Below are positions 40,706 through 49,469 of a stretch of 64,000 bases of DNA, one piece after another. The notes below the pieces were generated by a model that searched no databases, was not told the origin of the DNA, and was given only the letters and a program-made list of their open reading frames with translations. The stretch is from an uncultured Porphyromonadaceae bacterium. GTDB taxonomy: Bacteria > Bacteroidota > Bacteroidia > Bacteroidales > Muribaculaceae. The position numbers and the translations under genes were made by a program. Numbering within the stretch: the stretch's first letter is position 1; each line of letters opens with the position of its first letter. The stretch is taken from contig CAMWNH010000002.1 in assembly GCA_947175605.1 (NCBI GenBank), positions 17,754-81,753 of the forward strand, given 5' to 3'.

Positions 40706-43291
40706 ATGAACGCGTCACTAATTAAACGAATCGCAGGACTGATACCGGTTGCCGGCATCCTGTTTCTCGCGGGTTGCACCGACGAGATAAACAGCCCGCT
40801 CGACGGGTCGGGGAAACGCATCACCTTCGATGTGGCCGACACGGAGGCCTGGAGCCGTTCGGGTGACGCGTACATAACGGAGACTGCCGGAGGCCTGTCC
40901 ACGGTGATTCTCCGTGCCGGAAACGAGCATCTGTACCTTATCCCTGAAGTTACGAAAACGCCCCTCGCCGCCGGGACAAGCGGCTCGCGAGGCGAGGCGG
41001 TGACTTCCTCGAGCATCGAGTCGTTCGGAGTCTATGCTTCCGGCGTATCGGATGCGGCCTACTACATGGAAAATGTGGAGGTGACGCGAGACAACGACTG
41101 GGCACCCCGCAAGGAGTATCAGTGGCCGGGCATAGGCTCGCTTCACATCACGGCCTACTCGCCTTACCGCTCAATGGCGGAAACAAGCGGTGTGACGGCA
41201 CTGCCATCGGCCAATCCGTCGGAGGCTCCGATGCTGGGATACAGCGTTCCGGATGACGTGACGGCCCAGACGGATCTCCTGCGTGCAAAACCCAAGGATG
41301 CATCGGCTTCGCCCTGCGCGCTAAACTTCAGCCATGCGCTTGCGGGTGTGCGCTTCGTGACGGGCGCGGAAATGCGGCCATGCACGGTGACGAGCATCAG
41401 CATATCGGGTGTGTCAGAGAGCGGCCAGCTCAATCTTGAAAGCGGCGTATGGACGGACGTGGTGGGGTCGAAGGCCTTTACGTCAACCCAGAAGGCTGTT
41501 CTCGAGGCGGAGGCAGGGAGCGACTACGTTGCCGACGGCACGGCAATCAGCGATGATGAGCACACGTTCCGCCTCCTCCCCCAGACACTCGGGGAGGATG
41601 CGAGCGTAACGCTCACGATAGACTACGACGGCGCACCTATAACGTTCACGGCCTCTCTGGCGGGACAGACATGGAGCGCGGGAAATACGTACACCTATCG
41701 CCTGTCGGCCAATCCGGAGCTCGACCGCTTCATCATTTCGGCGACTACGCCTCTTGAGTTCAACTACACGGGCGGTACGCTTCCGTTCAGCGTGAACAGC
41801 CGACATGAGAAAATCGTGGACGGAGTGGTGAGCACGCAGGATGTGCCCTGGACTGCCGAGTTCGTGGACGCCAATGGCAATCCCACCGACGCACCGGCAT
41901 GGGTAAGCGACATTCCGCTGTCCGGCAAGGGCAAGGAGGATCTGGAGGCGAGCACGAGAATGGTTTATCCGGATTTCGTGAGCATGAGCGAGCCTACACG
42001 CAAGCTTAGGGCCGCAAGTCCTGTGGGTTCAGCCACGGTGCCCTACAACCTCTCCAACTCGACGGGCGCGGCCGGCGTAGAGAATACGGCAAACTGCTAT
42101 ATCATCAACGCGCCGGGCACCTACAGCATCCCGCTGGTGTATGGCAACGCAATCAAAAACGGAGCTGACAACAGGAATGCCTACATGCCCACGCGCAGTC
42201 GCGAACCGTTCGTGAACCATCTCGGGAAGCGAATAACGAAGCCTTACATCTACGATAACAGCGGATGTGAGCATCCGAAGGACGCGGTGCTGATGTGGGA
42301 GGGACGTCTGAATCTGGTGCAGAACGTGCGCCTTTCGGATGACGGCAAGAGCATAGTTTTCGATATTCCGGCGGAGTATATCCGTCAGGGCAACGCCATG
42401 GTGGCACTCCGGGATGCGAACGGCGATGTGATGTGGAGCTGGCAGCTCTGGATCACGGACTACGCGGCGGGTGAGGACATGATCTCTATGTCGTATTCGG
42501 GCAAGTCGTTCCGGCTCATGCCTCTGAACTTAGGACAGATAATGGGCGGCGATGAAACGGACTTCCCGTCGGAAACGGCATATCTGCGGCTGACCCAGAA
42601 GCCGGATGACGGCAATGCGGGCGAATCCGTGACCGTGAAGATTAGCCAGACCGGAAAGCATGTGATCACTCCGGACTGCCACAGTTTCTACCAGTGGGGC
42701 CGCAAGGACCCTATGATCTCAGGCATCAAGGAATGGTATAACGCGGACCACACGGAAATAACGCAAATCGACACGCGCATCATGGATACGACCGACGGCA
42801 CCGTGGGCGATGAATTCGAAAGCGAGCTCATCAAGACTCCGGCCACAATGTGGATCATAGCCATGTCGGGCAATCCGACGTTCAAGTACAATACGCACTG
42901 GAACACGGGGTCTGCCTCGAGTCCTCACAAGACGATCTATGATCCGTGCCCTGCGGGCTACATGGTTCCGGGCAATGAGCTGATGCTCTTCTTCTATGCA
43001 ACGGACAGCGACTTCAGTTTCCATCCCTACGGAGGCTTCTCGGATCCGGCTCAGATAATCTACTCTGCCGGCGGCACAAAAGTAAGCTTCCCTACCCTGG
43101 GGTATCGCTCGGGCAAGAGCGGCGAGGAGACACTGACGAGCAACGATGCGGAGATGACGGCACTCTGGACATCGCACACCAATTCGCATGAAGCCAAGGC
43201 GCTGGTACTTAGCAACGAGAATCCTCTACGACACGCTCTGCTGGACGAGGCCCGACTGGAAGCCTTCGGCATACGGCCTATTGCGGAATAA
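40706..43291 (+). CDS. Fimbrillin-family tip/ancillary pilin with lectin-like C-terminal domain
   Basis: Lipobox LAG-C, an N-terminal pilin domain (LNFSHALA, WSAGNTYTYRL), ANCYII, WSWQLWITD, FYQWGRKDP, YDPCPAGYMVP, FPTLGYR and terminal FGIRPIAE. Confidence 0.8.
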   Translation: MNASLIKRIAGLIPVAGILFLAGCTDEINSPLDGSGKRITFDVADTEAWSRSGDAYITETAGGLSTVILRAGNEHLYLIPEVTKTPLAAGTSGSRGEAVTSSSIESFGVYASGVSDAAYYMENVEVTRDNDWAPRKEYQWPGIGSLHITAYSPYRSMAETSGVTALPSANPSEAPMLGYSVPDDVTAQTDLLRAKPKDASASPCALNFSHALAGVRFVTGAEMRPCTVTSISISGVSESGQLNLESGVWTDVVGSKAFTSTQKAVLEAEAGSDYVADGTAISDDEHTFRLLPQTLGEDASVTLTIDYDGAPITFTASLAGQTWSAGNTYTYRLSANPELDRFIISATTPLEFNYTGGTLPFSVNSRHEKIVDGVVSTQDVPWTAEFVDANGNPTDAPAWVSDIPLSGKGKEDLEASTRMVYPDFVSMSEPTRKLRAASPVGSATVPYNLSNSTGAAGVENTANCYIINAPGTYSIPLVYGNAIKNGADNRNAYMPTRSREPFVNHLGKRITKPYIYDNSGCEHPKDAVLMWEGRLNLVQNVRLSDDGKSIVFDIPAEYIRQGNAMVALRDANGDVMWSWQLWITDYAAGEDMISMSYSGKSFRLMPLNLGQIMGGDETDFPSETAYLRLTQKPDDGNAGESVTVKISQTGKHVITPDCHSFYQWGRKDPMISGIKEWYNADHTEITQIDTRIMDTTDGTVGDEFESELIKTPATMWIIAMSGNPTFKYNTHWNTGSASSPHKTIYDPCPAGYMVPGNELMLFFYATDSDFSFHPYGGFSDPAQIIYSAGGTKVSFPTLGYRSGKSGEETLTSNDAEMTALWTSHTNSHEAKALVLSNENPLRHALLDEARLEAFGIRPIAE

Positions 43292-43314
43292 GCTATCCGC
43301 CGGCTTGAAAAGAT

Positions 43315-44454
43315 TTATTTTTTCGTGAACGCAATGCGTGCGGGAATATCTCCCGTGCGCATTTTCCATTTCTCGGAGCCGTCCGGACTGAGACAATGCA
43401 AATATCCGGAGCTCACATAGTTGCGGGCGTCGGTGATGAATATATCGCCTGTCTCGGGATGAACGGCGAGACCGTAGGGCATGCGTATATCGGCCTGCAC
43501 CTCGGGGGCGACAAAGGAGCGCGCTTCGGGCGCCAAGTCGTTGAGATTGAGGATGCCATACTCCGCCTGTCCTGCTTTGGAGGCATGGAAATAATAGAGA
43601 CGGTCGCCATGGATGGCCATATTGGACACGGGCACGTCGGGGAAGGAACGCGCGAGCTCCATATTGCCCTGCGCGTCAGGGCAGAGCATATAGAGGGCGG
43701 AGGGGATGGAGCCCTCTCGATTGCCCCGGGAGCTTACCCACAATCGGCCCTTTGAGTCGGCGCGGAGATGATGGAGATTGATGGCGACGTCTATTTTCCG
43801 CTCCTCACGGAATGAAGGCAGGTCGATAACGGACACGGTGCGGTCGTAGACGGGCGGCCGATAGCCGCCGCTATTGGCCACATAGAGCTTGCCATCGCGG
43901 ACAAGCATTTCCTCGGGCTGATAGCCGACGGTGCACTGCGCGGTGACGGACAGGGAAAGCGTGTCGATGCGGAAGACGGCGCCGAGGGGACAATCGGGAT
44001 CCTCGCCAACGGGACCGATGTAGGAGCTGACATATGCGTTCGGACCATCGAAGGCCAGATATCGGCAGTTGGGAATATCTATTTTCGCAAGGCGGCGGGC
44101 GGTGAAACGGTCGAGCACCTCGACTTTATGCGAGCAGTTTACAACAACATAAAGTTTTGAGCCATATACGGCTATGTCGTTGCCAACATCGCCGAGCTCC
44201 ATTGCCACGTCGGGGTTAGCGGCAGCATAGATATTGCGCTCGTAAAGGCCTGTGGCATATGAGAAACGGTCGAGAGTGCACTTGTTGGACCCCATATTGC
44301 CTTCATTGACAAGATAAAAGCCTGAAATCTCCGAATCCTCTGCAGGAAAGTCGATTATGACGTCGCCTTCGGGAATGACTATGATTTCGTCCGTCCGACA
44401 GGAGTGTGCCATGAGCAGCGAGGCAGCGAGAAAGAGGGAATAAAACGCTTTCAT
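43315..44454 (-). CDS. BtuG-like (YncE/DUF5074) beta-propeller surface lipoprotein
   Basis: Lipobox AHS-C, GFYLVNEGNMGSNKCTLD, LGDVGNDI, PYGLAVHPETGDIFITDARNYVSSG and GDIP. These match the BtuG cobalamin-binding family from recall. Confidence 0.8.
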   Translation of the reverse strand: MKAFYSLFLAASLLMAHSCRTDEIIVIPEGDVIIDFPAEDSEISGFYLVNEGNMGSNKCTLDRFSYATGLYERNIYAAANPDVAMELGDVGNDIAVYGSKLYVVVNCSHKVEVLDRFTARRLAKIDIPNCRYLAFDGPNAYVSSYIGPVGEDPDCPLGAVFRIDTLSLSVTAQCTVGYQPEEMLVRDGKLYVANSGGYRPPVYDRTVSVIDLPSFREERKIDVAINLHHLRADSKGRLWVSSRGNREGSIPSALYMLCPDAQGNMELARSFPDVPVSNMAIHGDRLYYFHASKAGQAEYGILNLNDLAPEARSFVAPEVQADIRMPYGLAVHPETGDIFITDARNYVSSGYLHCLSPDGSEKWKMRTGDIPARIAFTKK

Positions 44455-44459
44455 GGATG

Positions 44460-44488
44460 CAAAGGTACGGGATTTTTTCGTATTTTTG
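44460..44488. promoter_or_regulatory. Back-to-back promoters for the BtuG-like gene and the SDR
   Basis: TACCTTTG on the minus strand (44460-67) is 5 nt from the ATG at 44454. TATTTTTG on the plus strand (44481-88) is 5 nt from the ATG at 44494. Confidence 0.65.
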
Positions 44489-44493
44489 CCTGC

Positions 44494-45255
44494 ATGAGAA
44501 AATCAATCTTCATAAGCGGGGGCGCGTCGGGAATAGGCGCGGCCAGCATGGCACTCTTTCTGGAGCGCGGATGGGCGGTTTGTGTGTATGATCTGAAAAT
44601 CAGCGAGGAGTTTGCCCGACAGTATGGCTGCTACGGGGAAAAGTTATTGCTGATCGAGGGTGATACGCGGGATGCAGAGGGTGTGCGCAATGCTGCAGAT
44701 ACTGCGGCAGAGAGGTTCGGAGGGCTGGGCTCGGTATTCGCCTGTGCCGGTGTGCACAGTTCGGACACGATACTTGACGTGAGCGAGGAGGCCCTAAGAC
44801 GGATGATAGACATAAACATCATGGGGACCTACCACACGCTGCAGGCATGTCTGCCCCACATAATCGCGGGGGGAGGCGGAAGTGTGGTCATAAACGCATC
44901 GGACCAGTCGCTCGTGGGCAAGCCTCACAGCTTCGCGTACGGGCTGACCAAGGGGGCATTAGGGCAGATCTGCAAGGGGATGGCACTTGATCTGGCATCC
45001 AAGGGTGTGAGAGTTAACGCGATATGCCCGGGGACGATACGCACGCCGATGGTGGATGCGATATTCGCCCGCTGTTCGGCACAGGGGCTCGGGAGCGAGG
45101 AGGAGCTCTGGGCCGAGGAGGAAGCACTCTTTCCGCTGGGACGCGTGGGGCGGCCGGAAGAGGTGGCGAAACTGGTTTATTTTCTGGCTGGAGAAGACTC
45201 GTCGTTCACCACCGGCTCGCTGTATTCAATCGACGGCGGCCTGACAGCCGGATGA
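44494..45255 (+). CDS. Short-chain dehydrogenase/reductase
   Basis: SGGASGIG, ACAG, INIMG, catalytic YGLTK, VRVNAICPG and TGSLYSIDGG. Start reassigned to the ATG at 44494. Confidence 0.92.
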   Translation: MRKSIFISGGASGIGAASMALFLERGWAVCVYDLKISEEFARQYGCYGEKLLLIEGDTRDAEGVRNAADTAAERFGGLGSVFACAGVHSSDTILDVSEEALRRMIDINIMGTYHTLQACLPHIIAGGGGSVVINASDQSLVGKPHSFAYGLTKGALGQICKGMALDLASKGVRVNAICPGTIRTPMVDAIFARCSAQGLGSEEELWAEEEALFPLGRVGRPEEVAKLVYFLAGEDSSFTTGSLYSIDGGLTAG

Positions 45256-45331
45256 GCGAGCGGGAGTGCGCGGCGGAATTGTTAAACGTAATTTTTTGAA
45301 CGAAAAGAGGGTGAAAGCGAAAAAAAAGTTG

Positions 45332-45339
45332 TAACTTTG
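45332..45339 (+). promoter_or_regulatory. -7 promoter element for spt
   Basis: TAACTTTG followed by CA, 60 nt upstream of the ATG at 45400. Confidence 0.6.
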
Positions 45340-45399
45340 CAGCCTGATGTGGCCGCGTGTCGCTACAACACAAATTTTCCAGACAAATCACAAGCGAAT

Positions 45400-46584
45400 A
45401 TGAAGCTCCTTCAAGAAAAGCTCTCCAAGTATACGGCTCCGCAAGAGGCGAAAGCCGCAGGCATCTACCCCTATTTCCGCGCCATATCGTCGGAACAGGA
45501 TCCCGAAGTTTTAATCAACGGCAAGCGTGTGCTTATGTTCGGTTCGAACTGCTATACGGGCCTGGTGAACGATCCTCGCATCAAGGAAGCAGCCATCGAG
45601 GCCATCAAGAAATACGGCACGGGCTGCGCCGGCTCCCCCTTCCTGAACGGTACGCTGGACCTGCACAAGCAGCTTGAGGCACGCATCGCCGAATACATCG
45701 GCAAGGAAGACGTGATGATCTACTCGACCGGTTTCGGCGTAAATCTGGGCGTAGTATCCTGCCTGACGGGCCGCGAGGACTACATAATCTGGGACGAACA
45801 GGACCATGCATCGATCATCGAAGGCCGACGCCTCTCGTTCTCGCAGTCGCTCAAATACAAGCACAACGACATGGAGAGCCTCGAGGCACAGCTTCAGAAG
45901 TGCGCTCCGGACAAGGTGAAGCTGATCGTGACGGACGGCGTGTTCTCGATGGAGGGCGACGTGGCCAACCTGCCCAAGATCACCGAGCTTGCAAAGAAAT
46001 ACAACGCCACTGTGATGGTGGACGAAGCACACTCGATAGGCGTGTTCGGCGAAGGCGGCCGCGGCGTGTGCAACCACTTCGGCGTGACGGATGATGTGGA
46101 TCTGGTGATGGGCACTTTCTCGAAGAGCTTCGCATCGCTGGGCGGCTTCATCGCCACGGACAAGGAAATCACGAACTTCCTGCGCCACCACTCGCGTTCG
46201 TATATCTTCACGGCCTCGATCACCCCTGCATCGACAGCCGCAGCGCTGAAGGCCATCGACATAATGATCGCCGAGCCCGAGCGCCAGAAGAACCTCTGGG
46301 ATCTGACCAACTACGCGCTGGACGGTTTCCGCAAGATGGGACTTGAAATCGGCAATACGTCGACTCCTATCATCCCCCTCTACGTGCGCGACAACTACAA
46401 GACCTTCCAGATTACCACGGACCTCTTCAACGAGGGCATCTTCGTAAATCCCGTCGTATCTCCCGCAGTCGCACCCCAGGACACGCTGATCCGCTTCAGC
46501 CTCATGGCCACGCACACGAAGGAGCAGGTGACGGAAGCACTCGAAAAAATCGAGAAGGTCTTCAAGAAAAACGGCGTTATCTGA
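45400..46584 (+). CDS. spt: Serine palmitoyltransferase (alpha-oxoamine synthase family)
   Basis: YPYFRAI, MFGSN, GTGCAGS.FLNGT, DHASII, MVDEAH and the SPT-type PLP lysine motif GTFSKS. Collinear with Bacteroides SPT as I recall it. Confidence 0.85.
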   Translation: MKLLQEKLSKYTAPQEAKAAGIYPYFRAISSEQDPEVLINGKRVLMFGSNCYTGLVNDPRIKEAAIEAIKKYGTGCAGSPFLNGTLDLHKQLEARIAEYIGKEDVMIYSTGFGVNLGVVSCLTGREDYIIWDEQDHASIIEGRRLSFSQSLKYKHNDMESLEAQLQKCAPDKVKLIVTDGVFSMEGDVANLPKITELAKKYNATVMVDEAHSIGVFGEGGRGVCNHFGVTDDVDLVMGTFSKSFASLGGFIATDKEITNFLRHHSRSYIFTASITPASTAAALKAIDIMIAEPERQKNLWDLTNYALDGFRKMGLEIGNTSTPIIPLYVRDNYKTFQITTDLFNEGIFVNPVVSPAVAPQDTLIRFSLMATHTKEQVTEALEKIEKVFKKNGVI

Positions 46585-46635
46585 GGCGCCCCACCCAACC
46601 GGAACATCTAAAACAAGAAAACAAGCACAAGAGAT

Positions 46636-48180
46636 ATGGCACAGCAAGAAGACGTGTTCAAGAAAATAGTATCGCACGCAAAAGAGTACGGGTTCGTATT
46701 CCCGTCGAGTGAGATTTACGACGGTCTGTCGGCCGTATACGACTACGGACAGAACGGCGTGGAGCTTAAAAACAACATCAAGCGCTACTGGTGGGAGGCC
46801 ATGACGCTCCTGCACGAGAACATCGTGGGCATTGACTCGGCCATATTCATGCATCCGACCATCTGGAAGGCCTCAGGCCATGTGGATGCGTTCAACGATC
46901 CTCTGATCGACAACCGCGACTCGAAGAAGCGCTACCGCGCCGATGTACTTATCGAAGAGCAGATCGCCAAGTACGATGAAAAAATCGAGAAGGAAGTGGC
47001 TAAGGCCGCCAAGCGTTTCGGCGAGAGCTTTGATGCAGACCTTTTCCGCACGACGAATCCCCGCGTGCTGGAGCACAAGGCCAAGCGCGACGCGCTGCAC
47101 GAGCGTTTCGCACAGGCCATGAACGACTCGAACCTCGAGGAGCTGCGCCAGATAATCATCGATGAAGCCATCGTATGTCCGATCTCGGGCACGAAGAACT
47201 GGACGGAAGTGCGCCAGTTCAACCTGATGTTCAAGACGGAGATGGGCTCGACAGCCGATGGCGCCATGACGGTATATCTTCGTCCGGAAACGGCACAGGG
47301 CATCTTCGTGAACTATCTGAACGTGCAGAAGACGGGCCGCATGCGCATCCCCTTCGGTATTGCGCAGATAGGCAAGGCCTTCCGCAATGAGATTGTGGCC
47401 CGCCAGTTTATCTTCCGCATGCGCGAATTCGAACAGATGGAGATGCAGTTCTTCGTACGTCCGGGCGAGGAGATGAAGTGGTTCGCCCACTGGAAGGAAT
47501 GGCGCCTTCGCTGGCACAAGGCCCTCGGTCTGGGCGACGAGAAGTATCGCTATCACGATCACGAAAAGCTGGCCCACTATGCGAATGCAGCGACGGACAT
47601 CGAGTTCCAGATGCCTTTCGGATTCAAGGAAGTAGAAGGCATTCACTCGCGCACGAATTTTGACCTCTCGCAGCATGAGAAATTCTCGGGCAAGAAGATA
47701 CAGTATTTCGATCCGGAACTGAACGAGAGCTACACGCCTTATGTGATCGAGACGTCCATCGGTGTGGACCGCATGTTCCTGTCGGTTCTGTGCTCGAGCT
47801 ACGAGGAGCAGCCGCTGGAAGGCGGCGATACGCGCACGGTGCTCCACCTGCCGGCAGCGCTCGCTCCCGTGAAGTGCGCGGTGCTTCCTCTGATCCGCAA
47901 GGATGGTCTGCCTGAAAAGGCCCGCGAAATCGTGGACGAGCTGAAATTCGACTTCGCCACACACTACGAGGAAAAGGATACCATCGGCAAGCGCTACCGC
48001 CGTCAGGATGCAATCGGCACACCGTATTGCATCACCGTTGACCACCAGACTCTGGAAGACAACACCGTGACACTTCGCGAACGCGACAGCATGGAACAGA
48101 AGCGCGTGGCTGTGGCTGATCTGCATCGTCTTATCCACGAAAACGTGAGCCTAACCTCTCTCCTCCGTAAACTGAAATGA
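46636..48180 (+). CDS. glyQS: Glycine-tRNA ligase (homodimeric type)
   Basis: SSEIYDG, LRPETAQG, GKAFRNE, FRMREFEQME, PYVIETSIG and IGKRYRRQDAIGTP motifs. Confidence 0.97.
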   Translation: MAQQEDVFKKIVSHAKEYGFVFPSSEIYDGLSAVYDYGQNGVELKNNIKRYWWEAMTLLHENIVGIDSAIFMHPTIWKASGHVDAFNDPLIDNRDSKKRYRADVLIEEQIAKYDEKIEKEVAKAAKRFGESFDADLFRTTNPRVLEHKAKRDALHERFAQAMNDSNLEELRQIIIDEAIVCPISGTKNWTEVRQFNLMFKTEMGSTADGAMTVYLRPETAQGIFVNYLNVQKTGRMRIPFGIAQIGKAFRNEIVARQFIFRMREFEQMEMQFFVRPGEEMKWFAHWKEWRLRWHKALGLGDEKYRYHDHEKLAHYANAATDIEFQMPFGFKEVEGIHSRTNFDLSQHEKFSGKKIQYFDPELNESYTPYVIETSIGVDRMFLSVLCSSYEEQPLEGGDTRTVLHLPAALAPVKCAVLPLIRKDGLPEKAREIVDELKFDFATHYEEKDTIGKRYRRQDAIGTPYCITVDHQTLEDNTVTLRERDSMEQKRVAVADLHRLIHENVSLTSLLRKLK

Positions 48181-48794
48181 AAAAGAGCTACATTGTCATA
48201 GGAGTGCTCGTGGTGCTGGCACTCCTGCTGTTCTTCTCCGGCAAGAACAGTTACAACAAATTCGTGTCGCTGGACCAGAGTGTCGAGCAGACATGGAGCC
48301 AGGTTGAAAACCAATATCAGCGCCGCCTGGACCTGATCCCCAACCTCGTGGAGACCGTAAAGGGCTACGCCCAGCACGAAAGCGAGACATTCGAGAAGGT
48401 GACTCAGGCACGTGCAGGCCTCACAGAGGCCTATAACCGCGCAGCCGAGAACAATGCCGAGGCCACGACACTGCCCACGCAGGAACAGCTCGACAACTTC
48501 TCCGAAAGCCAGCAGAGCCTGCAGCGCGCGCTGAGCATCTACGTGAACGCCGTGCGCGAGGCCTATCCCGACCTGAAGGCTAACGAGCAATTCAATGACC
48601 TGATGGTGCAGCTGGAAGGGACGGAAAACCGTATCGCCACCGAGCGCGAACGCTACACGGAAGCCGTGAAGACTTACAACATAAGCGTAAAGAGCTTTCC
48701 CGCCAACATCTGGGCCGGCATCTTCGGCTACGACAGCCGCGCCCAGTTCAAAGCAGATCCGGAAGCAGCCCACGCTCCGAAAGTACAGTTCTAA
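48177..48794 (+). CDS. lemA: LemA-family protein
   Basis: N-terminal TM, YQRRLDLIPNLVETVKGY, EAYPDLKAN, LEGTENRI and FPAN motifs. Confidence 0.93.
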   Translation: MKKSYIVIGVLVVLALLLFFSGKNSYNKFVSLDQSVEQTWSQVENQYQRRLDLIPNLVETVKGYAQHESETFEKVTQARAGLTEAYNRAAENNAEATTLPTQEQLDNFSESQQSLQRALSIYVNAVREAYPDLKANEQFNDLMVQLEGTENRIATERERYTEAVKTYNISVKSFPANIWAGIFGYDSRAQFKADPEAAHAPKVQF

Positions 48795-48797
48795 ACG

Positions 48798-49361
48798 ATG
48801 AAGAAACTACTTATAGCCATAGTCCTGTTGACGTGCCTCGGAGCCGGCTGGACGTCGTGCAACAACGACGAGCAGACGACCTGGGACAAGTATAAGGACT
48901 GGCGCGAGCTGAACAACGAGTGGCTTGAGGAAATGCAGAGTCGCACGAATCCCGACGGCACGCCTTACTACAAGGTGATAATCCCGAGCTGGAATCCCGC
49001 GACCTTCGTGCTGATCCACTACTTCAACGACCGCGCCGAAACCGAGGGCAATCTCTCGCCCCTCTACACGAGCTACACGGATACACGCTATGTGCTCCAC
49101 GACTGCAACGGCGCCGGACTTGACTCGTCGACCAACCTCTCGCAGACGGGCCTCAAGGGCGTCTACCGCAGCCAGGTGTCGGCTAACGTCCAGGGCTTCG
49201 CGATAGGCGTAATGGACATGCGCTGCGGCGATACGGCCGAGTTCATCGTGCCTTACGGCCTTGGCTACGGCTCGCAAGTAATCGGCACCATCACGCCCTA
49301 CTCGAACCTTCAGTTCAACGTGCGTCTGGTGGACATTCCTTATTACGAGACAATCCCCTGA
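48798..49361 (+). CDS. FKBP-type peptidyl-prolyl isomerase lipoprotein
   Basis: Lipobox WTS-C, LDSS, GF..GV.DM..GD..EFIVPYGLGYG and ITPYSNLQFNVRLV. Confidence 0.8.
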   Translation: MKKLLIAIVLLTCLGAGWTSCNNDEQTTWDKYKDWRELNNEWLEEMQSRTNPDGTPYYKVIIPSWNPATFVLIHYFNDRAETEGNLSPLYTSYTDTRYVLHDCNGAGLDSSTNLSQTGLKGVYRSQVSANVQGFAIGVMDMRCGDTAEFIVPYGLGYGSQVIGTITPYSNLQFNVRLVDIPYYETIP

Positions 49362-49387
49362 CCCCTGCGGGATGCACAGCAGAAACA

Positions 49388-49429
49388 AAGAGGCGAACCA
49401 TGACCCGAGAGGCGACGGTTCGCCTTCTT
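49388..49429 (+). terminator. Stem-loop after the glyQS-lemA-fkbp run
   Basis: AAGAGGCGAACC ... GGTTCGCCTTCTT inverted repeat with one bulge. Confidence 0.5.
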
Positions 49430-49469
49430 CATTATTCACCGCCCAATGCACGAGTGAAAGTACCGGAAT

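Noticed and set aside
40706-43291. Complete DGR cassette
   Set aside because: No reverse transcriptase, Avd or template repeat is visible in the window, so it is kept only as a possible remote target.
44455-44493. Cobalamin riboswitch upstream of the BtuG-like gene
   Set aside because: The spacer is only 39 bp and is filled by two promoter elements.
45400-46584. BioF or Kbl call
   Set aside because: The GTFSKS lysine motif and overall similarity favour SPT, and there are no bio or tdh neighbours.
45511-48138. 447-aa and 421-aa minus-strand ORFs
   Set aside because: Antisense shadows of spt and glyQS. The same reasoning applies to most short overlapping ORFs in the track.
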